Assembly: GCA_045649045.1 (NCBI GenBank)
Contig: JAZRPF010000043.1
Coordinates: 459-64,458, forward strand
DNA: 64,000 nt
Direction of reading: 5' to 3'
Origin: Eubacteriales bacterium
GTDB lineage: Bacteria > Bacillota > Clostridia > Oscillospirales > CAG-272
Shown: positions 61,300-64,000 of the stretch, piece by piece
Layout: every line of letters starts with the position of its first letter
Numbering within the stretch: the first letter of the stretch is position 1
Position numbers and translations under genes: made by a program
Notes under the pieces: generated by a model
The model's input: only the letters and a program-made list of their open reading frames with translations
What the model was told of the DNA's origin: nothing
Databases searched by the model: none

Positions 61300-62035
61300 G
61301 CGGGCGTTCTCCCTTCGAAAGCTCATATTTTTTCACATTATAGACATAAAGATGCGCCTTGTCCGAGCCGTCCTCTGCCAGCATATGCGTTTCGTAGATG
61401 GGCAGGCGCGCAATTGGCTCTTCAATGCCTTCAATATAGATATTGAGTGTGAAATAAAAGCTACCCGATTGATTTCCTGTCGCATCGGTCACAATCTCAC
61501 ATTCATGCGGAAGGGGAAATTTGACACCGTCAAAGATGAGCTTACGGTAACGGTACATGAAGCGCTCTGCCTGCTTTTCTTCTGAAAGCGAATAAATCTG
61601 ACCGTCCGATGCAACAAGTTTATAAATAAATGCCGAATCGTCGGGCAAGAGGTCTTGTCCGTACTCTTCGCGCAAATTTCTGACCGAGCTTGAATTATAA
61701 CGAACCGTAATTTGAAGCTGCTCTGCCTTTGGAATCAAAAAGAGTGCGTGCGAAAAGAAATTGCCATCATCGCTATCGTCATAAGGAATACGGATTTTTT
61801 GCGTATAAATATCCATATCCCCCCCTGTCGCATCATAATGTGCGCGGAGTGTCTGGTTAAAATAGACCTCCTCCATTGCAGAAGGATAGGTTTCCTGCGT
61901 CCAGATACGGAAGAGTATCAGCCCGCAAACGCCGACAATGATGATAAGAAGGAAAATGCGCAGAATCCAGCCGATAGGACCGCGCTTCTTTTTTTCACCG
62001 CTGTAAACATCCTCAATATGTCCGTATTGTTCCAT
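61292..62035 (-). CDS. Hypothetical N-terminally anchored protein
   Basis: MEQYGHIEDVYSGEKKKRGPIGWILRIFLLIIIVGVCGLILF... followed by a ~200-aa extracytoplasmic domain. Confidence 0.6.
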   Translation of the reverse strand: MEQYGHIEDVYSGEKKKRGPIGWILRIFLLIIIVGVCGLILFRIWTQETYPSAMEEVYFNQTLRAHYDATGGDMDIYTQKIRIPYDDSDDGNFFSHALFLIPKAEQLQITVRYNSSSVRNLREEYGQDLLPDDSAFIYKLVASDGQIYSLSEEKQAERFMYRYRKLIFDGVKFPLPHECEIVTDATGNQSGSFYFTLNIYIEGIEEPIARLPIYETHMLAEDGSDKAHLYVYNVKKYELSKGERPHD

Positions 62036-62233
62036 TGGCAACTCTCGCTTTCATGTTGTTTCTTTTTTTATTATACAACATCCTTCACGATTTGTCAAAG
62101 GTTTTTCAAGCTGACTTTTCGCATAAACTCTGTTTTTTGAAACTTTTTTCGCTTGAAGTATTGACAAACGACAAGCTTTCATGTATAATAACTTGTAGAC
62201 TTCTAATTTGAGAAGCGAGAAAGGATGTGTCCG

Positions 62234-62776
62234 ATGAAGCTTGATGTCCGTGCTTTGCTGGCAGGTGAATCCCGTTCCTTGCCGATTGACATACTGCTTC
62301 CTTTCTCCGCCGATTCACAAGATACAAAAACCACTATTGGTGACTTTACCTTTGATGGGCCGATAACCGTCAAGGGCGAAATCCTCAATACCGCCGGATA
62401 TCTCCGCTTGACAGCAACGCTTGAGGCCGCATATACCACCTTCTGTGCGCGTTGTCTTGATGAGGTTAAGGGTGTCTTTTCCTTCCCCTTTGAGCGCACG
62501 GTCTCCACGCGCAAGCAGCTTTCGGACTTGCCCGAAGAGGCGCTTGATGACTATGTGTTGGCTGATGACGGTTATATTGTTCTTGATGACCTGCTTCTTG
62601 AATTTTTTGAGCTTTCTCTTCCCCTCCGCACACTCTGTCGCGAAGATTGCCTCGGTCTTTGCCATCATTGTGGCAAAAACCTGAATCAAGGCGCTTGCGA
62701 CTGTGCCTCGACAGAAGTCGATCCTCGGCTAGCTCCTCTTCAAAAGTGGCTTGCCGAACATAAAGAGGAAGAATAG
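62234..62776 (+). CDS. yceD: YceD/DUF177 family ribosome-maturation-associated protein
   Basis: C-terminal ...CREDCLGLCHHCGKNLNQGACDC... motif. Conserved position upstream of rpmF. ATG at 62234 with an AAAGGA RBS. Confidence 0.85.
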   Translation: MKLDVRALLAGESRSLPIDILLPFSADSQDTKTTIGDFTFDGPITVKGEILNTAGYLRLTATLEAAYTTFCARCLDEVKGVFSFPFERTVSTRKQLSDLPEEALDDYVLADDGYIVLDDLLLEFFELSLPLRTLCREDCLGLCHHCGKNLNQGACDCASTEVDPRLAPLQKWLAEHKEEE

Positions 62777-62872
62777 TAGCTCCGTCGCCGAGCGATGCAT
62801 CGGCTTTCCCAATTGTCAAACAAAAAATAAAGATAAGCGCATTCGCGCTGACCGATTAAGGAGGTAACACAC

Positions 62873-63058
62873 ATGGCAGTACCGAAGAAAAAGGTTTCCA
62901 AAGCACGCAGAGACAAGCGCCGTTCAAATGTCTGGAAGCTTGATGCTCCCGGCATGGCAAAGTGCCCTAACTGCGGCGAATACAATTTGACTCACCGTGT
63001 TTGCAGCAATTGCGGCAGATACAATGGCGAAGTCGTTGTCGCAAAGAAGGAAGCGTAA
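62873..63058 (+). CDS. rpmF: 50S ribosomal protein L32 (zinc-ribbon form)
   Basis: [22 protein letters not shown]...CPNCGE...CSNCG. Confidence 0.97.
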   Translation: MAVPKKKVSKARRDKRRSNVWKLDAPGMAKCPNCGEYNLTHRVCSNCGRYNGEVVVAKKEA

Positions 63059-63130
63059 CAAAGAAGAAACCCGTCTTTACCGTAATTGTCATAGGGATTT
63101 TTACGGTAAGTAGCAGGGTTTCGAAAAGTT

Positions 63131-63160
63131 AAGGCGTGGCGCGAAAGCCACGCCTTTTCT
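63131..63160 (+). terminator. Terminator after rpmF
   Basis: AAGGCGTGGC-gcgaaa-GCCACGCCTT followed by TTCT. Preceded by a nested hairpin at 63068-63118. Confidence 0.75.
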
Positions 63161-63217
63161 CATATTCAGATTTAATAGTTGACTTAATTCAAGGAGGCTA
63201 ATTAAGAATTCAATCTA

Positions 63218-63246
63218 TTGACTTAAAAAGAAATTTATGGTATAAT
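63218..63246 (+). promoter_or_regulatory. rhaA promoter (TTGACT-17-TATAAT, TGg extended -10)
   Basis: aTTGACTtaaaaagaaatttatggTATAATcaa. A second TTGACTTAA and a 7-bp inverted repeat (CTTAATT...AATTAAG) lie 40 nt upstream. Confidence 0.65.
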
Positions 63247-63309
63247 CAATTTGTTAGAGTATGACATTTTAGTGATTTATTAAACGCGAAAACGCGTAGG
63301 AGGGCAAAA

Positions 63310-64000
63310 ATGAATCAAAAAGAAAGATACTTATCTGCAAAAGAAATGTACGCTGATATCGGCATTGACACCGAAGAAGCACTCAAAAAACTTCAAAATG
63401 TGCGCATTTCTATGCATTGCTGGCAAGCAGACGATGTTCACGGATTTGAAGGTATGGGCGCGCTCACGGGTGGCATACAAACCACGGGTAACTATCCTGG
63501 TATTGCCAGAAATCCCGAAGAAGTTTTTGCTGATATTGACAAAGCTTTGTCACTTATACCCGGCACGCACAAAATCAATGTTCATGCAAACTACGCTATT
63601 ACAGAAGACGGAGAAGAAGTTGACCGCGACAAGTTAGAACCTAAACATTTCAAAAAATGGGTAGAACTCGCTAAAAAGCACAACTGCGGGCTTGATTTCA
63701 ACCCCACCATTTTCTCTCACCCGATGGCATCAAGCGGAATGACTCTGTCAAGCCCCGACGACAATGTCAGAGAATACTGGATTCGTCATTGCATAGCGTG
63801 TATCAGAATTTCGGAATATTTTGCAACTGAAACCGGTTATCCTTGCGTAATGAACATTTGGACCGGCGACGGCACGAAAGATGTTCCGGCTGACCGCATG
63901 GGTCCGAGAGAAAGATACAGAGATTCTATTGACCGCGTGCTTGCTTGTGGATATGATAAAAAGAAAGTTTATGTTACAGTAGAATCCAAGGTGTTCGGTA
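63310..64000 (+). CDS. rhaA: L-rhamnose isomerase (N-terminal 230 aa; continues beyond the window)
   Basis: Own translation; not in the track because it runs off the edge. MNQKERYLSAKEMYADIGIDTEEALKKLQNVRISMHCWQADDVHGFE.... GGAGGG RBS. The frame is open to position 64000. Confidence 0.88.
   Translation, partial: MNQKERYLSAKEMYADIGIDTEEALKKLQNVRISMHCWQADDVHGFEGMGALTGGIQTTGNYPGIARNPEEVFADIDKALSLIPGTHKINVHANYAITEDGEEVDRDKLEPKHFKKWVELAKKHNCGLDFNPTIFSHPMASSGMTLSSPDDNVREYWIRHCIACIRISEYFATETGYPCVMNIWTGDGTKDVPADRMGPRERYRDSIDRVLACGYDKKKVYVTVESKVFG

Noticed and set aside
63365-63637. 90-aa track ORF near the right edge
   Set aside because: It is out of frame with, and contained inside, the clearly recognisable rhaA reading frame that starts at 63310 and runs off the window.
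1-64000. CRISPR arrays, rRNA genes, IS elements with terminal inverted repeats, toxin-antitoxin or known defence-system gene pairs
   Set aside because: I saw no regularly spaced direct repeats, no rRNA-like sequence, no transposase, and no recognisable defence or TA domains on either strand.

Overview
The window looks like a chromosomal segment of a Gram-positive strict anaerobe, probably Clostridia-like. Support for this: GGAGG-type ribosome-binding sites (RBS), TTGACA-17-TATAAT promoters, Bacillus-like tRNA sequences, and genes for PFOR, rubrerythrin and a glycyl-radical enzyme. All calls come from reading and translating the sequence by hand and recognising motifs. No database search was run.

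The backbone is housekeeping: feoAB, a BspA-type LRR surface protein, yloV, rbr, a CNNM/CorC transporter, gdhA, uvrBA, dut, coaX, ddh, tcdA, mnmA, nadA, PFOR, fucI, copA, yceD-rpmF and rhaA. Three tRNAs are present: Met and Glu abutting each other, and a solitary Gln. I found no rRNA and no CRISPR array.

AT-richer accessory modules are embedded in this backbone:
- **1-5.66 kb:** a large-serine-recombinase and phage-late-gene remnant. It has a holin but no endolysin, and tandem 39-codon small ORFs missing from the ORF track. It ends at the tRNA-Met/Glu pair.
- **18.3-23.3 kb:** a four-gene operon next to tRNA-Gln. It encodes a SipW-type signal peptidase fused to a large polytopic membrane domain, two exported proteins with a shared and identically positioned signal motif, and a bitopic membrane protein. 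I read it as a candidate secreted fibre or matrix assembly system.
- **32.4-37.3 kb:** a low-GC island carrying an unusually short glycyl-radical enzyme, its activase, an SMP-30/lactonase-like protein and an AraC regulator.
- **56.4-58.3 kb:** a tyrosine recombinase next to a 266-bp segment bounded by lox-like inverted repeats. The segment contains a near-consensus promoter aimed at a Zn-ribbon/sigma-region-4 gene pair, making it a candidate phase-variable invertible switch.

Other observations:
- a cobalamin-riboswitch-like leader before a DUF4430 (transcobalamin-like) lipoprotein;
- a roughly 380-nt structured leader before the CNNM transporter;
- a hairpin-dense intergenic block after tRNA-Gln;
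- a duplicated promoter/5'UTR/start-codon block around a small lipoprotein gene upstream of PFOR;
- twin 11-codon mini-ORFs;
- a tandem 15-mer in the nadA leader.
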